Virus record (IMG/VR): IMGVR_UViG_3300032218_003035
Location: 1 to 34,797 of that record
Length of the DNA: 34,797 nt
Direction: 5' to 3' (one strand)
Source: a virus
Lineage: Duplodnaviria > Caudoviricetes
Position 1 is the first letter of the stretch. Each line of letters starts with the position of its first letter. This document shows positions 11,501 to 21,500 of the stretch, in pieces. The notes below the pieces were generated by a model, which saw only the letters and a program-made list of their open reading frames with translations, did no database searches and was not told where the DNA came from. The translations under genes and the position numbers were made by a program.

Positions 11501-13634
11501 TAACAAAAAGAACATTACCATACGAATATGATTTGGTTAACGATCCTTCAACAACACCATAAGCACCGCTCTTTATTCCAGTAATATATTTTCCTGCCCT
11601 AAATTGTTGATTGATAAAATTATTTTTTGGATTTACACTATCTAATAACAAACGAGTAAAAAATACTGGGTTAAAATAATTTAATCCAAATGTACTATTA
11701 TAAACAGAATTACTATCTGCTGTCTTTCCTTTAGAAATTACAATATCAGTGTCTGTGTTAAATCCTTTCCCGTATTTTACAAAAGAAATGTTTTTTGGTT
11801 TTGCTACTCCAATAACAGGAGTTATAATCTCATTATAATCAATAATTCTACCAATGGCTTTAAGTTGATCATCATCAAGAGCATCTTGCTTATCAAAATA
11901 TACTAGTCTAATTTTAGAAGAAGAATCTTCTTCGTATTCTTTTAAGTAAATATCTAATAAATCAGTTGGTCCGTAAACAGTTAACTCTAAAAATAGAGCA
12001 TTTGCATCAATTTCTTTCTTAATTACTTTTGAATAAGCTATAGGAGTTACTGATTCAACTATAGAAGGTTGTGTTCCAGCTCTTGTTTTAATAAACCAAA
12101 GATCAGCTAAAAGTGTATCAAAATTACGATCATTTAATGATGATAACGGAGTTGTCGTATTTGTTACTTGAATGTAAATTGTTTTAATACCATAACCAAC
12201 TTCAAAACCTTGACCTCTTCTATTCAAAGTTTGTTTAGTAGCAAACTCATTTTCTGTGTTGTTTAATCCAATTGAACCATCATTAAACACAGAATTTAAA
12301 TAAACTGTTGGAGACGAAGTTAAATTTTCTCCTTCAGTATTAAGGGGGATTGTTCCATATACATTAGTAATTTTATACTCAGCAAGACCTTTGGTTTTTA
12401 ATACTACATTGTCCTTTATAATAGTATCTTTTGCTTTGTTTACAGTTAGATATTTTGTTTCATTATTTACAATTTCAAATCCTCTAACATAAGCTTTACC
12501 CGTACCAATAGTAGCAGATAATTTATTATTAGCTTCTTCTTCAGTTAAATTATTTACTAAATTTGTTTGTGTATTTTTTGGATATACTCCAAAATTATTA
12601 TTTTTTTGATAATATTCTCTTACATCTAGAGAAAAATCTTTTACTACATAATCTCCAGATTCATCGTATGTTCTTCTTGCTAGAGTATTTTCAATTAAAC
12701 TATAATCTGCTTGTTTAATAATTTTCTGAACAACGCCAGATTTAATAGAAATTAACTGAATAAAATTATTATCAGTTATTGCATCATACTCATATTTTTT
12801 TAATTCAAGTGATATTTTAAATCTATGTGCTCCCGGAGCAGCAGAATTTGAATACCCTCTTGAATTATCATAAAGAGAAGAATCTTGTTCTGGTGTTACT
12901 ATTTCTTCTAGAATATTAAATCCTACTTTTGCAGATGCTTTGTCATAATACTTATCAATAATAATAAGTTGTTCTTGATTTCTTACAAAATACCCATTGA
13001 CAAAATATACGCCTTCTTGTACTTGTACACCTGTTGCATATCCCATTGCTGGGCTTTCTAAAAAGAAAGATGTTTTAGTTTCTGGATCTACTATTTTGAT
13101 GGAAGTTGGAGCTACACTACCATCTGTACCAACAACTAAAAGTGGAGTATTTACCCCATCAACAACTTCTAGAGTTTCGCCTTGCCTAAAAGTTCCTTCG
13201 TCACTAGAATTACCACTATTGGTGTATTTTACATATAAAGTATCTGCGTTGGTTTCTGAAGCATAGTCGGCTTCAATAACTAACGCAGATACTCCAGATG
13301 TAATACCTTGCAAATTTGTTCCTATTAACTCTTTAACGTCGTATTTTTTATATACTATTTGACCATTTGAATTTACTGGAACTTCAGAAATAGAAGATAA
13401 TTTGACAAAATCTAAACGAGTATTCAATCCAACTTCACCAGGAACTACTAAATCTCCTTGTTTAAATTGGAATTTGCCAAAACTTTCAATTTGATTTTGT
13501 AGAATAGATTGTAATCCTGTTAATTCTCTTGTCTGGATTGGGTATCCAGGTCTAAAAAGAATTTTGTAGAAATTTTTACTATCCGAATAATCGTTGAAAT
13601 ATGGAGCCGTGTTTAGATTTGTCTTTTGTGACAT
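5523..13634 (-). CDS. Large VrlC-like (DUF4815-type) baseplate/tail structural protein (2703 aa)
   Basis: N-terminus TNLNTAPYFNDY...ILFRPGYPIQTRELTGLQSILQNQIE, LARRTYDESGDY, RRYTMRDIGKLEKRIERLEYYTTLS, C-terminal PKIQDIRAVA. Located directly downstream of gp8. Confidence 0.88.
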   Translation of the reverse strand: MSQKTNLNTAPYFNDYSDSKNFYKILFRPGYPIQTRELTGLQSILQNQIESFGKFQFKQGDLVVPGEVGLNTRLDFVKLSSISEVPVNSNGQIVYKKYDVKELIGTNLQGITSGVSALVIEADYASETNADTLYVKYTNSGNSSDEGTFRQGETLEVVDGVNTPLLVVGTDGSVAPTSIKIVDPETKTSFFLESPAMGYATGVQVQEGVYFVNGYFVRNQEQLIIIDKYYDKASAKVGFNILEEIVTPEQDSSLYDNSRGYSNSAAPGAHRFKISLELKKYEYDAITDNNFIQLISIKSGVVQKIIKQADYSLIENTLARRTYDESGDYVVKDFSLDVREYYQKNNNFGVYPKNTQTNLVNNLTEEEANNKLSATIGTGKAYVRGFEIVNNETKYLTVNKAKDTIIKDNVVLKTKGLAEYKITNVYGTIPLNTEGENLTSSPTVYLNSVFNDGSIGLNNTENEFATKQTLNRRGQGFEVGYGIKTIYIQVTNTTTPLSSLNDRNFDTLLADLWFIKTRAGTQPSIVESVTPIAYSKVIKKEIDANALFLELTVYGPTDLLDIYLKEYEEDSSSKIRLVYFDKQDALDDDQLKAIGRIIDYNEIITPVIGVAKPKNISFVKYGKGFNTDTDIVISKGKTADSNSVYNSTFGLNYFNPVFFTRLLLDSVNPKNNFINQQFRAGKYITGIKSGAYGVVEGSLTKSYSYGNVLFVKTLSGTFLPGESITDEDGNILRIANENTISHFIVTFRGSGYTSPKINIDGVEYDNSKVNVFVGGSSVYKIDVLDRDSLLTQYSQPPVVTITSASQINSTCSVTPVLFRNTVLTYSQENVKSFYAAYGSANSNKFSADIEANESEYYSTKSVTNYTFSGNKGTKYIECTGFDGDSSKDLIQGDIVLFTDIEGILFKSVVQYATEPNGPKKSRIYLDRCLINDVNNASVIRIRPSIDNTNTASLIYPTGSKQVKSLIKSIENSQFKYFARRDFVTTGSSSGGLVTFSAQLEFGTQRFVQPTQENFLVTVLDRGSSTTVRNGDILYINPSYINVQSSSESASGLTAGSITINLPNNFFGNISSIFPKLKLSATIEITKAKPRIKTVVRNKRIVIVSSGDKIIPLRGQDYDTQEVDIFSYSDVFKIKYVYEGSTTNPPVVDNGGVLVSGTDVTNKFTFDDGQRDTLYDVSRLVLKPGFDAPVGQLVVGFDYFDHSQGDFCTVDSYLQEAGVPSEEIPAFNSSVYGNISLKDVIDFRPKVDSNTIISGFQDTSILSQSNYVNFNGASGIFASTPASDKNLEYTFSFSETQYLDRIDGIFLDKQGNFIVKEGNSSLSPAKPEIVTDAIALYYIYVPAFTTSNKDVRIIPVDNRRYTMRDIGKLEKRIERLEYYTTLSILEQQTLNMQIKDEIGLDRFKSGFIVDNFETHRIGNISSIDYKCSIDTQQSVLRPQVKEDNFILRELYTRADERNNAGYKKTGDVITLPYTNTKLLGNEFATKTINPNNFVVLQYVGDAAISPTVDQWFDTSVVPLITDNNTKLFSIFLSKADSRDAFSSFYNSFIINWVGSNRTFYNIGSLTDINTEDSFSTVQIASVASSSNISPQNNETAKGVTNKTIDGNSVIASIQYFTRSIPVKFNITRLKPKTQIYVFMEGINIGRWTNPDIRYTSIAGNSLTTFNSPIITDENGNASGIILIPAGKAPIENASWTGDVKTVSYDESSEEVYLTTGVKTIRFTSSITNENKDFVNTYTEIKYYSSGTLPQNPSSIVSTLPAYFKANEGIQIVDNTTSNKDKPNPLSQTFKIENYDGGVFVTGIDLFFQKKSSTIPLRVYLTNIDVGKPGKYIVPGTESTLLPDTYLKVYASAPLTIFAGETVSGKTSGASGPISKVIDKNGNQILPSTNGEISLSNNQVYSLVLNNHNGISFTPNEILQIPSLTLFNNTSAQNLILTIAKDSGKLTGLKIKNTGANYENAIITIESPQLPGGSTASGVVNVSNGNIYNADIVLVGSGYTEPPSVVIRGTGSAASGAVIESIIEIDSPAVRMGVCVDRPGVTASTTPSRFVFEHPVYLQNNTEYAMCVETDSTEYELWASRLTEKEISTGTSVTTQPLLGSVYKSQNIDNWTEDLFEDIKFTLYRAEFDISRTAELLLVNENLGYEKMDMDPVETYSLSNTNATSPLFKNNNSIIKIRHRDNGFENSGKSYVFFKGLENVGGFSAASLNSTLFKIYDVGIDYYTIVGPNRAGSNSIGGGKSGLVSYNRKYEKLFAQVNYIQSPNTKIDTFVKTTNIIPVDSNTTNYISYSQNNYEKTFLNEEHFFTNQKILCSSINEIMNGITNSLVYKINLSSTKSYLSPIIDLRVSSIKTSTNRVENATGQEDRFGKRYQTIKFLPIYVFTLNGLSNISVLINQTVQGKASGARGEIIKFSSGKIWVKLTSPSTFIPTEELFFSTQSQIGGNLETRTVSIANNGVSQETYDFQIGSTIVAFNPNNTNQKYDNSISGKIINWDSLSKELIIENDKKPINNNYTSKITINSVFSREATLANQLPDIFRVGDIIYYDNIPSGEEKFLEIGTMSFTNGIEYSPENSPKNSSSVAKYITKEVTINSSGTSIDVRLTANIKDVENIKVLYRYKEASSQINFDDIEWSYFNGTGIPDIDVLANYTNTVSAQFESQASYQELKYSVSNLSEFGSFAIKLVMQTSDPVYVPKIQDIRAVASY

Positions 13635-13667
13635 CGTAAATTTCTAACTAATTTTGGATTTTGACAA

Positions 13668-15530
13668 TCAGAACTCAATAACTAATTTAATATCTTCAAT
13701 TTGGTCAGGAGCCCTTGTAATTGTTCTTCTGTTCTCTATGTATATAATTTCTCCAGAGTTATTTTTAATTTCTCGTGAAGCCAATCCATCAACAAATGTA
13801 GAACCAAGAACAACCGTATTATCAGCAAAATTTACATCAACAGTTCCAGAAGCAGCAGACAATGCTCCAACAACCGGATTAGCGCCATTAGAAATAAAAG
13901 ATCTGACTACTCCATTATTTTTGTGATTTTCTGGATTTTGGATATACTTAAGAACTCCATTTGTGGTACTAGCAGCATCTAAAGTCCACGATACCACTGT
14001 ACCGTAAGCAATCCCTCCAGGAACAGTTTGGGAAATAATTTCATCTGCTTGATAACCAGCAGTAGCACCGGTAATTTTTATTGCAGATAATCCAGATAAA
14101 GTATTTGCTGTTGCCAAATTATTCGTTCCATTTAAAAGAGGATCCTTGATAATACCAATTCTTCTAAAATCATTATCTACAGGGAAATCGCCAGAACCTT
14201 CGTCATAAGTAAGACGAACATTCAACATTACACGTTTTGCATTCAACTCTTGTTCCATGTCAAAACCATGTCCTCCTTGAGGAGAAATAATTGGCTCAAT
14301 TGTTCCTGTAGTGGTTGAACCAATTGTAGTTACTGGTCCAGTAGTCAAAGTAGAACTTGAAAATAATCCATATGCAGTTGCTCCACTGCCAGTTCCATTT
14401 ACTAATGGTACAGTAGCATAAGTATAACCAGAACCTTTTGCTTGAATTACTGCCTTTGTGATGGAACCGCCAGAAACGGTAAGTTGTACAATGCCTCCTG
14501 TACCATCACCAATAATTGCACCATATAAAGTACCATTTGGAAGATTGGCTCCAGCATTTGCAACCAACGCAACTTCAATAGAACCATCGACAGCCGCAGC
14601 CTCTGTGGATAATCTTGTTGCATTTGTTTTTGATGCAACTGGAATAAAATCAGTAGATACAAATTTTAATACATCATCTGTGGAAATGGTGTACATATAT
14701 TTCCAAATGTATTCGCCAGACCCACTAGGTTCCTTGTAAATACCAGTAGAAAATGTACCTTGACCAGCACCAGGAGTTGTTGTTGGTTCGTATGTTGCCT
14801 GTCTACCAGTTGGATACGCAGAAGATTCTCCGTTATAAAGACATTTGAAAACTTCGTAATTAGAATTCATTACATAAAATTTGCCTTCATATAAAGATGG
14901 CGCACCAGTGGCTGTCAATTTACCAGTTTGGAACCCATCTGTAGTTGTTGAATAATCAGGTTTCCACATATCAAATTTTGGGTTTACAAATTGATTCCAG
15001 TTATAACGTCTAATTACAGATCTAGCATATTGAGTAGTAATTCTTTTTGCTGCTATAAGATCATCATAAATATCGTACTTTTCTTTTTGGTTATCAAATG
15101 GAACCGGCGCAAGCTCTTCATTACCATAACGATAAACGCCAGTTAAAGCTTGTGCTCCGGTATTTATTGTTCCGTTCCAACCTTTTAAAGTGGAACCAAT
15201 AACTGGTGCTGAGCTTACTAAAGGACCAATACTAGCAAGAATTAAACTATTTTCGTTGACTCTTTTTACAGATCCTTTAAAAGTAGCAGCGGCAAATGAA
15301 GTTCCGACATACACAAAATCGTTGACCGCAAAGGCAGTATTATTTGTATTATAAATTTCTAAATAAGCATCCCAACGTTGTGGTCTACCAACAAAAAAAT
15401 ACATTCTAGAAACTTCAACTTCTGGACCAACTTGAAGTGTTGTGGTGTTATCATAATAATCATCGCCCAAAGCATTTAAAAATCGCTGAGCATTATAAAT
15501 TCTAAATTTGTCTGAGATTATAGCAGCCAT
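13668..15530 (-). CDS. gp8: Baseplate wedge protein, T4 gp8-like (620 aa)
   Basis: MAAIISDKFRIYNA, FYVMNSNYEVFKCLYN, YIWKYMYTI, DFRRIGIIKDP, GEIIYIENR..ITRAPDQIEDIKLVIEF. Synteny gp6-gp7-gp8. Confidence 0.93.
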   Translation of the reverse strand: MAAIISDKFRIYNAQRFLNALGDDYYDNTTTLQVGPEVEVSRMYFFVGRPQRWDAYLEIYNTNNTAFAVNDFVYVGTSFAAATFKGSVKRVNENSLILASIGPLVSSAPVIGSTLKGWNGTINTGAQALTGVYRYGNEELAPVPFDNQKEKYDIYDDLIAAKRITTQYARSVIRRYNWNQFVNPKFDMWKPDYSTTTDGFQTGKLTATGAPSLYEGKFYVMNSNYEVFKCLYNGESSAYPTGRQATYEPTTTPGAGQGTFSTGIYKEPSGSGEYIWKYMYTISTDDVLKFVSTDFIPVASKTNATRLSTEAAAVDGSIEVALVANAGANLPNGTLYGAIIGDGTGGIVQLTVSGGSITKAVIQAKGSGYTYATVPLVNGTGSGATAYGLFSSSTLTTGPVTTIGSTTTGTIEPIISPQGGHGFDMEQELNAKRVMLNVRLTYDEGSGDFPVDNDFRRIGIIKDPLLNGTNNLATANTLSGLSAIKITGATAGYQADEIISQTVPGGIAYGTVVSWTLDAASTTNGVLKYIQNPENHKNNGVVRSFISNGANPVVGALSAASGTVDVNFADNTVVLGSTFVDGLASREIKNNSGEIIYIENRRTITRAPDQIEDIKLVIEF

Positions 15531-15561
15531 TTAAAAAATCTCTATATTACAATTTCTGTGT

Positions 15562-15575
15562 TATTTATATTTATA
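15562..15575 (-). promoter_or_regulatory. Two overlapping T4-type late promoter boxes (TATAAATA)
   Basis: tatttata at 15562-15569 and 15568-15575 in the gp7-gp8 gap, about 30 bp upstream of the gp8 start. Confidence 0.85.
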
Positions 15576-15579
15576 CTTG

Positions 15580-18500
15580 TTATGTTGTAGTTCTTAAATA
15601 TTGACCCGCAGAATAAGATACGGGAGTAGTGCCACCAACCCCCCTAATAACACCTAAGAAACGATCAGATAGTTTACTAGTGTAGGTGATAATTTCTTTT
15701 CCTATTAAAATTTTTCCTTGAGATGCAAATTTAGAAGTATTTGGTATGTAGATGATGGTATCTGTTGGAGTTAATTCAATATCCAATAATGCTCCAAATT
15801 CTTGTATTGAAGGATAACCTAAATTAAATACATTTTTTGGACTGGAGGTAATTTTAATAGTATTTGGCTCATCAAAATCCTGCACAACTGAATTTGGATA
15901 TATCATACCAAATTGTTCTATGGATAATCTTGAAACATCAGAATATCCAGTATCAATAAATTTAGCTGTTTCAAAAATTGCAAGTCTATTTCCAACAATA
16001 TTTTGACTGAAGTGACCAGCACTATAATTATTTCCTGCCAATTTATCAACTGTTCCTAGATAAGCATTTCCAGTAATATCTTTTGATATTTTTTCTATTG
16101 AAATATTTTTAACAGGTACTTCTAATCTATTTGTTATATTTGTTTGAGAAGTTACAATACTATCAAAAGATTTTATTGATGCAAAAATAAAGGTAATTTG
16201 TGGAGCTTCTGCTTTAACAATACCAGTATTTGTTGATTTTGGCCAAATATAATTGATAATATCGGTAGCAATATCAAAATTCTGACCAAGATATAAAATA
16301 TCAAAAATATATGTTACATTATCAGGAAGAATTTCAATCTGTGAGACAACAGAAAATCTCAAATCTAATTTTGGAATAATTTGCAATAAAGCTAAATGTG
16401 TTTGTATTTTTCTAGAATTTTTCTTAACTATGCTAAATTTTCTAGAAATAACAACTTTTGGTTTTTCTGTGTAGCCAGAACCACCATCTAATAAAACAAC
16501 ATCTAAAATTTGATCGTTACAAATAATTACTTCTGCTCTTGCTCCACCACCATTTCCATCGGTAGGAATGAATTTAATTATTGGATTTGTATAATATTGA
16601 TATGCAGTTGGTTGAACTAAAATATTATTTTTAAAGAACAATTCTAGTTCTCTTTTATTCCATTGTAAAGATACAACTTCGCCACCAAAAATTTTTGCAC
16701 TAATGCTTAATCCTTCGCCTCTAGTAATACCATTGTAATTTGAACAAGAAATTTTTGCATATATTTCTTGTGACGCTACTTCGCCTTCCAGGAAATTTCT
16801 GGTTTTTGCTTCAAACGGAACAGAAAATACTTGTCTGTATTCATTTTCGCCATCAACTTTAATAAGATCACCAGGAACTATATTTGAAATTTTTCTGGAT
16901 CTTTTAATTTCTTCTCTATTTTGCCCCAATTGCGTATTATAAAGCCAAATAGGGCAATTTGCTTTTGATTTTAATAATCTATTGCCATCTTCATCAGTTG
17001 AATACAAATAGCTAATATCATAAGTACCAACAATGTCTTTAGTTTCTGTTTTGTTAATTAAAAACGTTAAATTGTCGTTATTAATTTGCCTAGAAATTAA
17101 ATTAATTGAATTAACAACAATAAGTTCAACTTCATTATTAGAGATAGCTTTTATTTCTTTCAATTCTCCTAGCAAATAATCATTTTGATATAACCAAATA
17201 TTTTGCGTACTGAGCATTTTATTTGGCAACACTTCAAGATTTTTTATTGTTTGGAAAATATTAGTTCCTTGCAAATTAAATTTGATAATATTTAAATATT
17301 GATCGGGTTCAAAATCAAACATAGTAAGATTTTGATCTAGATCTCTACCATAAAATAAAATAATTGAAATATCAGGCAATACATTTTCGCCACTTTCTGC
17401 AATATAATAAGTTAACGGTTTTTTAAAAACAATAGTTGATCCAATTATTTCGTATGATTCTCCTTCAATTTGTAAAATTCCATCAATATAAACTAATGCA
17501 TATCTGGTATCTTGTACATTTTCTACAGATCTGGAAACTTCGTTGTATAATAAAAATGGACCATTTGGTTTAGCAAAAATTTGTTTAGAATCAATAGTTA
17601 ATCTTTTATAGTTTCCTAAACTATAAATGAAACACTTTTCAGCACCATTCAATTCAGTATTAATATTTTCGTATAAATCTTCGTGATTTGTAGGTGGGTA
17701 TGAAAATTCTATTTTATCTGTAATATTTGGATCTGGATTTCTTAAAATATGATATGAATTTCCGAATGGAATATTTACAAATTCTCTGGATTTTTGCAAA
17801 ACACCATTTAATGCTACTAGTAAATTTTCTCTATTATCTGTTTTAACAATAGCTCCATTTTCATAATACAAATCAAATACTGTATTAGTTCCGTCAAATT
17901 CAGTAGACAATGATTTTAATTTTCTGAAATATTTGGCATTCAATCCATTATTTTTGAAGCGAATTGATCGGCAATAAAATTTTTGACCAGGAACAGTTTG
18001 TCCATCAACAATTCGTTCTCCAAGTGGAGGTTCGGTAAATATAATTTGGGTATTTGTGATATTATAAGCAACGCCGGGTTCTTGCATTACACCATCTAAA
18101 GTAATAATCAATTGCTGATTATTATACGGGGAATAGGGTAACTTAGATTTTTTTTCTAATAAAACAAAAGCTGTTCTACCGGTCAACTGCCCATTGTATG
18201 AATCAAAGTTGCCAGTAAATGGAGCAGAAAGAATCAACTCTAGTGCTACAGTTTCCGAATTTGGGTCTATGTCAAGAGCAATAGTACCCAATCCTTTTTC
18301 AACATTCAAATCATTAAATTTGAGAATTGATTGCGTAACATTTTTCTTGATATTTTTTAATTCTACCAATTTAGAACTTAAATTTATAATATTAACTCTT
18401 TCTATTTTTGTATACTCACCAGAAGGCATATCAGCATCACCTTTTGATTCTACTAAAACTTCTCCAAAAAGTTTAAATCCAGCTGGATGAGTAGTTTGTT

Positions 18501-21500
18501 TGATCAAATCTCTCCAAACATTAGTTGGAGTTTTTGATTTAATTACATATGAATAATCTTGATAATAATATGAATCAGTAATTCTTTGTGTATTACTACT
18601 TAAATATCCTCTATCGGAATTAAATTTTCCTATATTATCATAGTATCCACGAACATCAGAATCAAATTCTGCATTTAAAATTGAAATTATATCAGCGGTA
18701 CTTTTTTTGACTAAACCTGTAATTTGAATTTTTTTATTGAAAAATCCAGTAATATTTTCCAAACGCAGAACATTACTTCCTGGTCTCCAACCATTTTTGG
18801 AAACAACGCCACTTGCAGTTTCTGTTACTATTCCATTAACAATAGTTGTTTGTACTATTTTTTCCCCAATAAAAAATGCATGGTCGTCATGATTTTTTAA
18901 TAACAAAACTAAATTTGATGTATAGCTTGAAATTAATGTATTATCTGAATGATAATCAACCCCGTTATCAATAATTTCTACACTACGAGGTATACCAATA
19001 TTTTTTGATTGGAAATACATTTTTACATCAGATTCTATAATTTCTACAGTTGGAGGATAGGTATAATTTTTTCCTCCATAAATTACGTCAACCTGCAATA
19101 CTTTGCCACCTCTAGAAAATACAGAAAATTCTGCTCCATATCCGTCACCATTTACAACTACTGCTTTTGGTTTAGAATAATTTTTTCCTCCATCTAAAAC
19201 AGTAACAAAATCTATAGATTTGTTTATGTTATTGTATCTAGTTTGAACAATTGCTTTATTTTCCTTGGCAATATCTACACCAGTTACAATAGGAACACGT
19301 AAATAATTTTGACCTAGATTTTCCAAAGCAACTTTGTTTATAGCACCAACTGCAAATTTTGAAGATGTTGTGTAAGAAATTGATCCTCTTCCATCATATT
19401 GCGGTTTCTTATCAATTTTATAAACAAATTTATTATCTGATGTATAATATACTGTTTTTTCTCCTTGCAGGGGATCATCTATAATATTTAAGTATCCGGT
19501 TTTTGTCTTCAAAGATTTAGATTTATCAAAATAATAATATTTTAGATAATTTGTTTTTTCTATTTTGTTATTTTGGTTTATTATATAAGAATTGTTATCA
19601 TATCCAAATTTAACAACAACCTCAGCTCCTCCTTGACCTGGCTCTGCTGATGTTGATTGTACTTCAATTGGATTTATGTTGTATGACAAACTAGGAGAAA
19701 AATCCAAGTAAGTACCGGCCATTGAAAAATGGCTAGTATCAAATTTATATTTGTAATATTTTGTTACGTCAATAATTGGATTTGATTTAAATTCAGAGTC
19801 TGTGTTTATTTTAGAAAATTGAAATTCTGATTCGGGCTCTTCAACTGAAGAAATAGTAACAATTTTTCTGGGAGTACTATTGTCATAAAATACATTTTCT
19901 TTTTCTACTGTATTAATATTATTTGCGCTGTAATTATAAACCAAAGTTAATAATTGAGTATTTTTATCATAATTAAAAACATATGGATCATTGAATGTTT
20001 GACCCAAAAATTGTGCTGCGTAATTAAATCTATATTGATTATCATATAAATTTACAATTTCATTGTTGTAATGATCAACTACATTTGTAAAATTTTGTCC
20101 TCTTAAAACAGATACAATTTTTGTTGTTGTGTTTATGTTAGTTACTTTTAATATTTCGGAACCAATTTGAATTTGGTCATTTATTGATAATCCAATAACA
20201 TTTGATAATTTGACCGTATTGTTTAATCTAGAAAATCCTGCATGATCAACTGAAATAATTAATCGTTGAGATGATGTGGTATTATTGTCTCTATTTAAAG
20301 CAGCGTCTATTAGTGTTAAAATATCACCTTTTTTATATCCAGAACCTTTGTTGGTAATAATTACACTAGTAACTCTTCCACGACCAGAACCGTTTATATT
20401 AGAAACAACTACAGTAGCCCTTGCATTATTTGGGTTTCCTGGTGCTCCCACCAAGCTTCTAATTTTTGTACTATCCTTAAAAACTAACTCAACATTTGAA
20501 TATTGGCCAGTTTGATAATTTGTTCCTCCATTTAAATATTCAAACGAGCCAATACCGGTATCATCAATATTAGAATTAATTGTTGGAATATTTAATTTGA
20601 TGCGTTGATAAATTTGTTTTCTTACAAAATAAGTTGTTTGCGTTTGCGTATCATCTGGAACAATATCAATAGTAATATTATCCCCAACAGTCAAATTATG
20701 ATTGCCATTTGTATTTGCAATAGCAATATTATCATCAATAGAATTAATTTGTAAATTTTTACTTAATGAATTTACTGTTACAATTTTAGATCCAATTGTA
20801 TCACTTAAATTGGAACTTTTTAAATTATAATTATTGTTTACTTCAAATTGTCCAGAAACAACTCTAATTTTAACTGTATTTTGACTTGTTATAGTTTCCA
20901 CTACAACTCCCTCAGCAATTACCAAATTACTATTATTAATTTGAACAATTTTTGAATTTGCTGTATAATTAGAATTTTTATCAACTAATACATTAACAAC
21001 TTCAATTGATCCTGATATTACGTTGGAAGTATTGAATATTCCAGAAACATTACGTAAAATTATTTGATTTGAATTTATAACATTCCCAACAATTTCTCCA
21101 GTTGCATTACTGGCATTTTGTGTTATAATATCACCAGCATATAAAAAAGCATTTTCTGTTAAAGAAATATCTAATACTTTATTTTGCACACAATCAATTC
21201 TATTAACTGAAATTCCCTTAACTTCTGAAACTACTGCTGATGCACCTCCACCACCAGTATTTGTGTCATTAACTCGCACAAATGAACCAACCTCAAAATT
21301 ATTTGTAGAATCTTGAATATTAATTCCCGATACATTTCCAGATGAAACATTATTAATTTTTACTAATGCATTTGATCCATTGCTTTCAATTGAAAGAGTT
21401 CTTACTCTTCTTGAATTTACTGGAACGTCATTTTGAGAAATACTGGAATTGTAATTTGAATCTATAGGCAGAGAATAATAATTTTTCCCTAAAATATAAG